64,000 nt of DNA from Ignavibacteriota bacterium (GCA_963787835.1 CAWBEI010000002.1:224001-288000), one strand, 5' to 3'. Shown: positions 51,610-62,020, numbered from the stretch's first letter. Notes: generated by a model from the sequence alone, not told the origin. Program-made: numbers and translations.

Positions 51610-54600
51610 CTAAACACTAAGTCCGCTATCCGATGCAAGAAACAATGGAGAATCGAAGTTCGAGTACTCGATATCGGGAAGAGAACGGTCGATCACATCC
51701 AGGAGCTGCGATCTGGTGAATGGCTTCGAAAGAAAATCCGTACAGCCAGCCCTGATCGCTTCGTCTCGATCTGACTTTTTTGCGTAAGCGGTCAGCGCGA
51801 TGATCGGAAGGCTGGCTAATTGTTTATCCTGGCGAAACTCCGTCGTTAATTCTAGGCCAGTTGTAAACTCACCCAGATTAATGTCCATAAGAATGAGATC
51901 GGGGATCGTTTCATTTACGATTTTCTTGGCAGTTCCGATCCTTGGGGCATGGATGATCTCAAATCGGTCTTGCAGATGCGCCTGCACTAACTTCACGGTA
52001 TCGATGGAATCCTCAACCAGCAAGAGCAAGGGCTTTGGTGCATTATCTTGCGTTTGCTGCTGCTCCTCAGAGGGCGGGACTGGATGCAATGGAAGACAAA
52101 CAATGAAAATACTCCCAACACCTCTGCTGCTTCGAACCTCGATCGAGCCACCCATGGCTAACGCCAGACGGCTCGTGATCGTAAGCCCCAAACCCGACCC
52201 CTCATAGTAGCGATGCATTCCAGTCGATTCCTGAGTGAATTCTTCGAAGATCGATGCCAGGTTCTCTGAACCGATCCCCAACCCGGTATCTTCAACAACA
52301 ATGCGGAAATAATCCTGCTGCGGAGGCTGCCCTATACTATATGATGCATATCCTTGAGGCATCGGAAGCGACGCATCCAGCTCTTGTCCGAATTGCACCG
52401 TTACAGTCACTTCTCCACGTCGAGTGAATTTTATTGCGTTGCCAAGGAGATTGGTTACAATATGATCAAATCGCTGTGGGTCGATCATGGCGTGAGGGTC
52501 TTCCATGGATGGATGGAACAGAAGCCGGATCTGCTTGGAAGATGCAAGTGGTTCGACCGAAGCAAAAATCTGTTGGATGGCTTCATTGACCTCTACGAGT
52601 TCTGGTGAAAGCTTTAGCTTTTTCGATTCGATCTGCGCATGATCGAGAATATTGTTGATGGTGCTAAGGCAGGCGATTCGCGCTCGACTCGATGGTTGCA
52701 GCATGATCCGCCAAAGCCCGATCCGGTATTCTCTCTTTGAGAATTTCAGCGAAGCCAAGAATAGCGGTCATAGGCGTTCGGATCTCGTGACTCATATTGG
52801 CGAGGAAATTCGATTTCAATTGTGTCATTTCCTCGGCCTTTTCTTTGGCACGCATCGCGTGGTTTCGCTGCTCTTCCAACTGGATCTCCATTTGCCTTCG
52901 AACAGTAATGTCCTGCGTACATCCGACCATTCGATAGGGCTTTCCACGGTCGTTCAAGGAGAGCATCGAACGATCCCACACATAGACCCAATGGCCGTCT
53001 TTATGGCGCATGCGGTATTCGGATTCATACAATTTCTTGTCTGGACAAAGGTCGGCAATGGCCTCATTTGCCAGAGCAAGGTCATCGGGATGGATACGCG
53101 ATCTCCACCATTCGATGGTGCCAGTTTCTGGCTCCTCAATGGGATCGAAACCAAGAAGCTGCTTCAGGCCAGAGGATCGTTCACAAAAACCGGTTGATAG
53201 GTCGAGATCATAGATCAGGGATGAAACAGCTTCCGATGCAAGCTGGAAACGCTCGTTAGCTTGCATCAACTGCTGCTGCATTTGGGCACGCTCGGTAATA
53301 TCGCGAATCGATCCGATGACTCGAATGGCTATTCCATGTTCGTCGCGAAATATCTGACCGGCGTCCCACACATGGATCCAGTGACCGTCTTTATGCTGCA
53401 TCCGGCATTCCAGTTCGTAGCGCATACGTTCAGGATTCGTATTTTCGATGAGATCCTTGACTAAACCAACATCGTCCGGATGAACGCGGCTAAGCCACCA
53501 CTCCACGGAGGCTGTCTCTGGTTCCAACTCCGGATCGAATCCCAGGAGATTTTTCAATTCCGGCGAACGGTGAGAGCGCATGGTAACGGGATCGAAATCA
53601 TAAATAACCGTTGTGATCGCATCCGATGCAAGTTTATACCGCTCGTTCATTTCCCTTAATTTTTGTTCCATCTGGACGCGTTCGGAAATGTCCCGATGTA
53701 TTCCAAGCACTCGTGCCGCTTTGCCGCTCTCATCGGTAAAAATTTGGGCACTATCCCACAGATACACCCAGTGCCCATCCTTATGCTGTACACGATACTC
53801 GAGTTCTGAATTTCCCAGACTCTTGACGACGGCAGCAGCGTGAGCTCGAACCATGCCTATATCATCCGGGTGGACACGACTCATTAACCACTCGAACGTC
53901 CCGGTTTCGGGCTCTGTGTCAGGGTCGAACCCCAACATTCTTAAGAATCCTCTGGAACGTTCGACTGCTCCTGTTGCTAAGTTCAACTCAAAAATACAGA
54001 TGTTAACCGATTCAGAGGCAAGGTGGTACCGTTCGTTCACTCGCTCCAATTCAAGGTTCACCTTTAATTGGTCGGTCACATCCTCAATAAAGGCGAACCG
54101 GGCATTCCGACCTTCATACTGTACGGCATGGTGAAAAACCTGTACGCTTATCCGATCCCCATTTTTCTTCACATGCGTTACACTGACGGATGGCTCATTG
54201 TTTGGGCCGCGTATCACCTTCGCATATTTCTCAAAAAAAGCTTCCTGGCTCTCTACAGGGTGCAAATCATAAACGAAAAGCTTCAAAAATTCTTCTTCCG
54301 AATAACCATAGAGCTGGCAAGCAGCGCGGTTCACTTTCAAATATTGGAACGTTTCAATATCTAAAATCCACATCGGCAAGGGGCTGTCTTCGAAGAGCAG
54401 ACGATACTGGGATTCCGATCGGAGGAGTTCCTGTGCAATGCGGTGACGCTCCGTGATCTCGGTCAGCAAGTAGAGCCAACCTGTTGACGTTCCATCCTGC
54501 CGGAGGGAAAAGATGGACATCGAAAAAAAACGAGTCTCGAAGTTCGTAAGCTTTAATTGACAGATCCCTTGCCATACTCCCTGCTCTTTGATGATAGCTC

Positions 54601-55283
54601 CAATATCCTCATTCGGTGTGGAAGGAATCCACTCTTCTCCAAGAACCATTGGCCCATATTTCCCGATGGCGTCTGCGCTCGAAATACCAGTTACCTGTTC
54701 GGCCGCTTGATTCCAGTAGGTGATGATGCCGGCGGTGTCACTGGCAATAACGGCATCACCGATCTGGGAAATAACGTTTGCCTGTAATTGAATTTGCTCT
54801 CGTGATTTCCATTCTTTAGTAATATTCCTTCCAAATACTGCGACACTCACGACCGCATCACCCTCGAAAACGGGATCGAACGTGAATTCAACAATATGGC
54901 CACTTAGTTCAGGGGTGAAATGGCGAACTTCTGTCACCTTTTCACCCTGGAAAGCGCGCGCATAAGCCGCAGCCCAAAATGGTTGTTCTGTTGGCGGCAA
55001 GTAGGAGCTGATCTCCATCCCTTCAATCAACTCCACATGATAGAAGTGATGAAAAATATTTTTTAAGAACGAGATTGAATGTCAGAAGTCGTGCTTCCCG
55101 ATCCACCAGGCAGATGGCATCGTTCGAGTTATCGAGCACGAACCGGAGCATTGCATTAACCTGCATTGTCCCGGAGTTGGGGCTAAGACTACCCATACTT
55201 CCGTTCTCTTTATTATGTAGGTTCGCGCCGGTTTTACTCGGTGGGGCTGATTCAACCGTTAATGCGCGATTGACTTTATTCAT
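51610..55283 (-). CDS. Cytoplasmic multi-PAS hybrid histidine kinase (PAS/PAC array-HisKA-HATPase-REC), about 1223 aa, two +1 frameshifts
   Basis: Three ORF pieces join if one extra base is removed in the A5 run near 55054 and one near 52668 (restoring RLLSTINNILD). FLANMSHEIRTPM, NAIKFT, GSGLGL and LILMDINL motifs. Confidence 0.88.
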
Positions 55284-55430
55284 AAGATGTGATCACATCG
55301 AACCAATAACTAAAGAACGAGAAGCTGTAACAAATGGGGATAGAGCACAGGTCAGATCCAAGCTTCTCAATCTATGCTTTAGTACATTGAGTACAAGGCT
55401 CCATCCCTAAAAAGTTTCCAATACGGAAAA

Positions 55431-56731
55431 TTAGGCTGCCGTGGCCAACAACCGCTCCACGCGTTCTTTATTTCGAACATGTACCCGTAATCGAAGCCTA
55501 ACATGGGTCTCAGAGAATACGCGCTCACTGACTTCCCCCAATTCATAGAGCCGTGAAGCAATATCGTAATGCGCTATGGGGATCTCGACCGTTAGTTCGA
55601 ACGAAGATTCTGTGATCACTTTCTCGATCTCGCTCTTCAAGCGTTCGATCCCGATCCCTTTCTGGGCAGAAATGAACACCGCATGAGGATAGCGCCGCAT
55701 TTCTGCGAGCAGAAACTTTCGATCTTCATCAAGCGCATCGAGCTTGTTGAATACCATAATAGTCGGTTTCAAGTGCGAACCAAGGTCTTGAAGCGTACCA
55801 TTGACTACTTCGATCTGTTCCTCGAATTGCGGATTTGCCATATCGACAACATGCAGCAGAATATCCGCTTCCTCAACTTCAGAGAGCGTTGTCCTGAACG
55901 ATGCTATAAGCTTCGGTGGCAGTTTCCGTATAAATCCGACGGTGTCCGTCACGAGTGCTCGGCGACCTGTGCGAATTCGACAGCTCGTGTGGTTGCATCC
56001 AGCGTCGCAAACAGCCGGTTCTCGACAAACACATTCGAATCGCCTGCGGTCAGCGCATTAATGAGCGATGATTTTCCAGCATTGGTATATCCAACGAGCG
56101 CAACTCGTGCAAGCTCATCACTGCGGCCCAGCCGCCGAGTAGCATGCTGCTGTTCGATCGCGACCAGCTTCTCTTTTAAGAGGGAGATGCGTGTTTTGAC
56201 GAGCCTGCGATCCGTTTCGATCTGCGTTTCGCCGGGTCCTTTGGTTCCGATACCACCATGCTGCTTGGATAAGTGCGTCCACGCACGAGTAAGGCGTGGG
56301 AGGATATATTCTAATTGGGCAAGCTCGATCTGCGTTTTTGCTTCCCGTGTTCGGGCGCGGCTTGCGAAAATATCGAGAATAAGACTGGAACGATCGAGAA
56401 CTTTAATGTTTAATTCCTTCTCGAGATTCCGGAGTTGGACTGGCGTTAACTCATCATCGAAGATCGCGATCTGAATTTCAAGCGCCTCCACATGGCGCTT
56501 CAACTCTTCTACTTTACCCTTACCAAGATAGAGCGCCCCGTCCGGTGTGGCTCGCTCCTGCGTCATACGATAAAGGACGTCAGCGCCTGCGGTATCGGCA
56601 AGGAGGGCAAGCTCGTTTAGATGTTCCAGAGCTTCTCGTCTGGTTTCTTCATCGTTCGAACGAATGAGTGTTACGATCGCCGCCCGCTCACGGGCTTTAT
56701 GGGTTTCGAAAAATTTAAATGATTCTCTCAA
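55431..56731 (-). CDS. hflX: Ribosome-splitting GTPase HflX (1-nt deletion near 55969)
   Basis: GKGKVEE, QLRNLE, GGIGTKGPGETQIETDRR, GYTNAGKS, LFATLD, then DTVGFI, FNKLD and ISA. Adding one C restores APGRRALVTDTVGF. Confidence 0.93.
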
Positions 56732-56765
56732 TAGTATGCTTTTCTAATAGAGCGCCATTTCCGTG

Positions 56766-57599
56766 TTAATGTGATGTGACGCTGTCAATTATTCTCCCTA
56801 ATGAATCGTACGCCAATCCCGACTCCGTGTTCCGCGACGTAATAATATGATAAACTGTTTCCGCGATCTCTTCCGGTTCGATGATGCGGCCTTCGCGGTT
56901 CAGCATGGCAAACATGGCTTCGGCTTTCTCTTCCGACCTGCCCCGTGCCATCGTTGCTTGTATGGCTTCGTGCAAAATTTGTGTGCGAGTAAACCCCGGG
57001 CAGATCGTACTGAATTTCACTCCGGATTGCTTGTATTCCGCCGCTAAAGCTCGCATCATCCCTAAAAGGGCGTGCTTCGAAGCCGTGTATGCAGCAGTAA
57101 AACGAAATCCTTCCAAGGCTGCGGTGGAGGCAATGGAGACAACATGCCTGGCGGGGATGGTGGACATTGTGGACGACGTGGACGTAGATGCAAGCATCCC
57201 CGGTAAAAATGCACGGGTCATGTAGAACGCACCATCTACGTTTACAGCAAATGTTTCGCGCCACATTTCGTCGGTTATTTCTTCAAATTTTGTGGAGGGA
57301 GCAACTCCGGCATTATTGATGAGAATCGTCACTGGCCCAAGTTCATCCAAAATGTCATTTGCAAGAGCGTTCACCTCGTCGGCAATACCAACATCGCACG
57401 GCGTGGCATAGGCTTTCCCGCCGCAGTCTATGATCTCATTGCGAAGCTCGGAAATTCCTTCGCTCGAGCGCGCAACGAGCACCACCGGAATACCTGGCGC
57501 ATCATCACTGCCAAGCGCGAGCCGCCGCGCGATCGCGCGGCCTATGCCGCGGCCTGCACCAGTTACGAGAGCGAGTTCTTTCGTTTCATTCGAGTTCAA
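56766..57599 (-). CDS. Short-chain dehydrogenase/reductase (classical SDR)
   Basis: TGAGRGIG, INNAG, S-x12-YTASK, CPGF. Confidence 0.9.
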   Translation of the reverse strand: MNSNETKELALVTGAGRGIGRAIARRLALGSDDAPGIPVVLVARSSEGISELRNEIIDCGGKAYATPCDVGIADEVNALANDILDELGPVTILINNAGVAPSTKFEEITDEMWRETFAVNVDGAFYMTRAFLPGMLASTSTSSTMSTIPARHVVSIASTAALEGFRFTAAYTASKHALLGMMRALAAEYKQSGVKFSTICPGFTRTQILHEAIQATMARGRSEEKAEAMFAMLNREGRIIEPEEIAETVYHIITSRNTESGLAYDSLGRIIDSVTSH

Positions 57600-58254
57600 C
57601 GGTTTGCCTTCCTTGTGCGATATAGTCGTTCAGTGAACCCACCCTCTTCAATAAAAGATTTCGCAAGAGCGTTAATCTGTCTGTCCAAAAGAGTGCAGGC
57701 TACATTGATCAGAACAAGCGCACCATTGGCAGCAATTTCAGGGATAGAATTGTGCTCCGTGAAAGTGGACTTAATGGACATAGGGGACTTTGGGGAAACC
57801 GATTGAGTTTTCTTTTGTCCACTATGCCCATCAAGTCCACTTTGTCCATCAAGAGCTAATCGCTGCATATCCACAGCCCATTGCACAACGACATCGGCAG
57901 TAGCAGGCCGGCGGCGCACCAGTTCGGCGCGGCGAGGGTCGATGGGTTCCCAAAGCAGCATTCCTTGTTGCCGAAGAAAATCCTCATAATCCAAACGAAG
58001 TTCTTCCAAGCTGGCGCGTGCTACATTGGTCAGTTTCATCTCCATTTTTCGGGAGGTGCTGGAAGCCTGGCTTCCTTCTGCAATATTTTGCACACCGGAA
58101 CGCGCGGCCTGCACCATTTGGTCATGAGTGCGGCTGCGTTTATCGATGTACTTACCACAGAACCGAACCGTCACATCATACACAAGCTGCGAAACCTGAA
58201 AGCTTTTTAGCTTGCGCTAGCCACCATGCTTGGGATGAGGGGAGAGGGGGTCAT
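57596..58254 (-). pseudogene. Four-helix-bundle (IVS/Avd-like) protein with suffix domain; 5' end carries a 1-nt deletion and an in-frame TAG
   Basis: SRTHDQMVQAARSGVQNIAEGS, LTNVARASLEELRLDYEDFLRQ and FIEEGGFTERLY. The 5' end reconstructs as MTPSPLIP/KHGG*RKLKSFQVSQLVYD. Confidence 0.75.
57762..57843. repeat. 27-bp imperfect inverted repeat built from 9-bp GGAC-core units
   Basis: Left arm aaagtggacttaatggacataggggac (57762-57788) matches the reverse complement of 57817-57843 at 24 of 27 positions. Confidence 0.8.
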
Positions 58255-58265
58255 TGCAAGCTAAG

Positions 58266-59549
58266 CTATTGAATATCGAAAACCCAGACGGCATTTACCG
58301 CAGGTGGACTACCTGTCCCACTATATTTTATTGAGATTAGATCACCTGCTGAAACGGGATATGTATCAGTGTTATCTGTTGCAGTCACGTTTGTGCCAGA
58401 AATACTCACGGTTACTCCCGTTGAAGTCTGTCCGTCATAGACGGTAAATTTATATGTCGAAGTACTTCCATCCGCTGTGGCAATGGTGACAGTAAGATTT
58501 TTTAGAGTTCCACTCCGATCCAGAATCATTTGGTTGTTATTCGAAATGGAAGCTGTACTTGGAAAGGGCGACAAGCTCGTCAGCCCTAATGGATAATTAA
58601 ACCCAACAGGGTTCCCGCCAAATGTCTGCGTTGAGCTCCCGGTTATCATCAAAGCGGATGAGCCCCCCGGTGCTACCCACGTCGCATCCTCTCTCAAATA
58701 CCTTGTGGTACCGGCAGTCGATCCTGGGTCGGGAACCGCACCAACGGCGTGCGTTGAACCAGATTTGATGAATACGGGAACATCGGATCCTGCGATAGTA
58801 GCCCAAACGGGAGCAGTTGCGGCACCGCTGGCTCCCGTTGAGGTCAGGAATTCCTTGGTTGTAGTGGTATTCCCCGAAAGCACAGCCGCTGCCGGAGTAG
58901 CATTCTCATACTCGATATCTCCGAGCGTTGCCATAGGCGAGAGCGCATTAAAAGCGGCGTTCGCCGTCGTTTTACTTGTACCACCATTAGCTATCGGAAG
59001 CGCAGTTCCTGAAAGCGTCACCGCAAACGTGCCACTTGTTGTTATCGGCGTTGCAGTAACAGAAAGGAAGCTCGGTACTGTCATCGCAACCGAAGTTACG
59101 GTTCCGCTGCCGCCAGCTGCGTTCTGCCATGTTGGAAGCGCACTGGGGCCATTCGAGGTAAGAACTTGATTGCTCGATCCTAACCCGGAAATCTGTTGCA
59201 AATTACCCGTTGCGGTCGTGCCACCAGCAAGCAACGCATACGGAGTATACGTAGCAAGCCCCGTACCGCCATATTGGGGCACAACCACCGTTCCCTGCCA
59301 TACCCCGCTCGATATGGTGCCAAGTGCTGTGATCGACGTAGAATTTCCAGAAGTATAAAGCATGCCTCCTCCTACGGGAAAGGTGAAGGATCCCCCACCG
59401 GTTGCTCCCGAAAAAATCGATATGTGGCCAGAGCCATCATCAAGATAAAGAGCGGTCTGCCGAACCTGAGCAGTGGAAGTGGAAGCCAAAAGAGTAAAAG
59501 CGATTACTGCGAATAATGCTGTACGAACAACGAGCGATTTATCAGACAT
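58266..59549 (-). CDS. Stand-alone secreted fibre-like protein (LDD tag, head type 4), about 427 aa
   Basis: Signal peptide then AQVRQTALYLDDGSGH; PQYGGTG and GTVTSVAMTVPSFLS...LPIANGGT modules shared with the array. Confidence 0.8.
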   Translation of the reverse strand: MSDKSLVVRTALFAVIAFTLLASTSTAQVRQTALYLDDGSGHISIFSGATGGGSFTFPVGGGMLYTSGNSTSITALGTISSGVWQGTVVVPQYGGTGLATYTPYALLAGGTTATGNLQQISGLGSSNQVLTSNGPSALPTWQNAAGGSGTVTSVAMTVPSFLSVTATPITTSGTFAVTLSGTALPIANGGTSKTTANAAFNALSPMATLGDIEYENATPAAAVLSGNTTTTKEFLTSTGASGAATAPVWATIAGSDVPVFIKSGSTHAVGAVPDPGSTAGTTRYLREDATWVAPGGSSALMITGSSTQTFGGNPVGFNYPLGLTSLSPFPSTASISNNNQMILDRSGTLKNLTVTIATADGSTSTYKFTVYDGQTSTGVTVSISGTNVTATDNTDTYPVSAGDLISIKYSGTGSPPAVNAVWVFDIQ

Positions 59550-59650
59550 AGGGGTATTCAGGGAAAAAACAACCAAAAGTGACACAACGAAAAATAGATG
59601 TTCGCTACGTCTTCAACGAGTGAAATGCGTGTTCAAAGAACTTATTTTTC

Positions 59651-59658
59651 CAAATTTA
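59651..59658 (-). promoter_or_regulatory. TAnnTTTG -7 box for the stand-alone fibre gene
   Basis: The minus strand reads cgTAAATTTGg about 100 nt upstream of ATG 59549. Confidence 0.45.
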
Positions 59659-59795
59659 CGACCATTTTGGAACCACGAGTGAAAAATGCGATAAAATATT
59701 CACAGAGACCACCAGAAGTCCCAGCGAATCAGGTTCTGTGAACGACTCTTTGCATCTTCCTCGTTATTCCTCATTCTTCTTAAATTGCCATTTTC

Positions 59796-60529
59796 ATGCG
59801 AAAATTCGAACGTGTACTTATAATCGGAGCTTCTTCCGGCATCGGCCTTGCGCTTGCGGAGCAGTTATTAAAGGCGGGCGCATCGGTGGCTATGGTTGCG
59901 CGCCGCCGAGAACCTATGGCTGAGCTTGCAGCGCAACACTCCGGCAAAGCGTTCGTCTATCCGCATGATGTCACTAATTATGCAGAGGCTCCCACGCTTT
60001 TTCAGCAGATCACAAAAGATCTCGGCGGCTGGATTGCGTGATCTACTCCTCCGGCGTGATGCCCAGCATGGATGAGCACGAGTATAATTTCGAAAAAGAT
60101 CGTGAGATCATAGAGGTGAATGTGTTGGGTGCCTTTGCGTGGTTGAATGAAGCGGCTAATCGTTTCGAGCGTTTGAAGAGCGGCACCATCATAGGAATTT
60201 CTTCTGTAGCCGGTGAACGCGGCCGCCGTGGGAACCCAGCATATTGCACCTCGAAAGCAGCTCTCACGACGTATCTGGAATCGCTCCGTAACCGACTTTC
60301 ACAGTATGGCGTCCGCGTGGTAACGATCAAACCCGGAATGGTGGATACTGCGATGACGCGTGGCAAGCCCGGCCAGCTTTGGGTGATCTCTGCCGACGAA
60401 GCTGCGAAACGAATCCTTGCTTACGCACACATCGGAAAGAACACTGCCTACATTCCCTCCCGTTGGAGACTGCTCATGTTCGTGTTGAAGTGTATGCCCT
60501 CCTTCATCTTCCGCAGATTGCCGATATGA
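59796..60529 (+). CDS. DprE2-like short-chain dehydrogenase (1-nt deletion near 60030)
   Basis: IGASSGIG, then GISSVAGERGRRGNPAYCTSKAAL, IKPGMVDT. One added base restores GGLDCVIYSSG. Confidence 0.82.
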
Positions 60530-61944
60530 CCGAATCGCGATCGCTTCCAACAGAACGACTGGAACCCCTTGAAGGCTGGGGTGGCGCTATCCATGGCGCG
60601 GGATATGTTTTTCGACCATCGACAACCCTCCAATTAAAGGAGGCGATTGCATCTGCAAAAACGGCCGGGCGAAACATAACCCTTCGCGGTGCGGGACGAA
60701 GCTACGGCGATGCTGCACTGGGCCGCGAAAATGTGGTGATCGATCTCACGCGCATGAACCGGATCCTTTCCTGGGATCCCACGAGTGGAATTATTACCTG
60801 TGAACCGGGCGTAACCATCAAGCAGCTATGGGAATACACGATCGAGGATGGCTGGTGGCCGCCCGTTGTGCCGGGAACGATGTTTCCCACGCTCGGCGGA
60901 GTGCTCGGAATGAACATTCACGGCAAGAATAATGCAAAAGCAGGGACGATCGGTGAGCATGTGCTGGCCTTCGATTTTCTTGCCCCCTCCGGCGAGGAAC
61001 TTCATGTGGACCGTGAGGCCGATCCCGGACTTTTTCATTCCATCATCGGCAGTTTTGGAATGCTCGGGTGCTTCACTTCCATTTCGCTCAAACTGAAAAA
61101 GGTGTATTCGGGCGATCTCGATGTGAAGGTCTATATTGCTGATAACTTGCACGAGTTGTTCCGTATTTACGAGAATAATATCCCTGAATCCGATTACCTT
61201 GTTGGATGGATCGATGCGTTCGCGGGGGGCAAAGCATTAGGGCGGGCGATTGTGCATCAGGCAAATTATCTTGCGCAGGGTGTGGACCCAACGCCTACGC
61301 AATCGCTCCGGCTGAATCATCAGAATTTACCGGATAGCATAATGGGACTCATTCCGAAATCTATTGTATGGATATTCATGAGACCGTTCACAAATAATTT
61401 CGGCGTCCGTTTTGTGAATTGGGCAAAATTCATCTCTTCGAAATTCAGCCCGAAGAAACAATTCCGGCAGGCGCATGCGGCGTTTGCATTTTTGCTCGAT
61501 TATGTTCCCAACTGGAAGAAGTCCTATGGCAAAGGCGGACTTATCCAGTTTCAATCTTTTATTCCAAAGGAATCTGCGGAAGATGCCTTTCGTAAGCAGA
61601 TCGAACTATGCCAGCGTGAGAATCTTGCTCCCTTTCTTGCCGTCTTCAAACGGCACCGTCCCGATAATTTCCTGATGACACATGCCGTCGATGGGTACTC
61701 GCTCGCACTCGATTTCAAAGTGACCGCAGCCAACCGTGTACGGCTTTGGGAACTTTCGGAGCAACTAAACGAGATCGTGCTCGCTGCTGGTGGAAGATTC
61801 TACATGGCAAAAGACCTCACACTGACACCCGAGGCATTCCGGCAGTATCTCGGCGAAGAAACGCTCGCCAAATTCAAAGCACTGAAAGCCCGCTTTGACC
61901 CCGAAGGATTATTGGAAACCGAGCTATCAAAACGGCTATTGTAG
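60526..61944 (+). CDS. DprE1-like FAD-linked oxidoreductase (polyprenylphosphoryl-beta-D-ribose oxidase family)
   Basis: GWG, RGAGRSYGDAA, PVVPGT, IHGKN, YLVGWID, YGKGGLIQFQ, FLAVFK, GYSLALDF, GGRFYMAKD, FDPEG. ATGA overlap with the SDR. Confidence 0.85.
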   Translation: MTESRSLPTERLEPLEGWGGAIHGAGYVFRPSTTLQLKEAIASAKTAGRNITLRGAGRSYGDAALGRENVVIDLTRMNRILSWDPTSGIITCEPGVTIKQLWEYTIEDGWWPPVVPGTMFPTLGGVLGMNIHGKNNAKAGTIGEHVLAFDFLAPSGEELHVDREADPGLFHSIIGSFGMLGCFTSISLKLKKVYSGDLDVKVYIADNLHELFRIYENNIPESDYLVGWIDAFAGGKALGRAIVHQANYLAQGVDPTPTQSLRLNHQNLPDSIMGLIPKSIVWIFMRPFTNNFGVRFVNWAKFISSKFSPKKQFRQAHAAFAFLLDYVPNWKKSYGKGGLIQFQSFIPKESAEDAFRKQIELCQRENLAPFLAVFKRHRPDNFLMTHAVDGYSLALDFKVTAANRVRLWELSEQLNEIVLAAGGRFYMAKDLTLTPEAFRQYLGEETLAKFKALKARFDPEGLLETELSKRLL

Positions 61945-61994
61945 CCAAACCAGGCATGTTTGCCACAAGAAGCCTATTTGGTTGAAAGTTTTTT

Positions 61995-62020
61995 TGTAAC
62001 CCAAGCAACCCTGCGCGTTT
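61995..62020 (+). promoter_or_regulatory. Possible autoregulatory ECF promoter
   Basis: TGTAAC-N15-CGTT upstream of the sigma gene; spacing is one short of the usual consensus. Confidence 0.3.

Noticed and set aside
55940-55990. Programmed frameshift in hflX
   Set aside because: No slippery heptamer at the site; it is one of six clustered single-base indels best explained by consensus error.
58210-58225. TAG readthrough or recoding in the four-helix gene
   Set aside because: TAG is an ordinary stop in other genes here (for example mutL and mdh), and the site lies beside another lesion.
57596-59549. Diversity-generating retroelement (Avd-like gene next to a fibre gene)
   Set aside because: No reverse transcriptase in the window and no TR/VR pair differing at adenines; the protein fits the IVS-type four-helix suffix family better.
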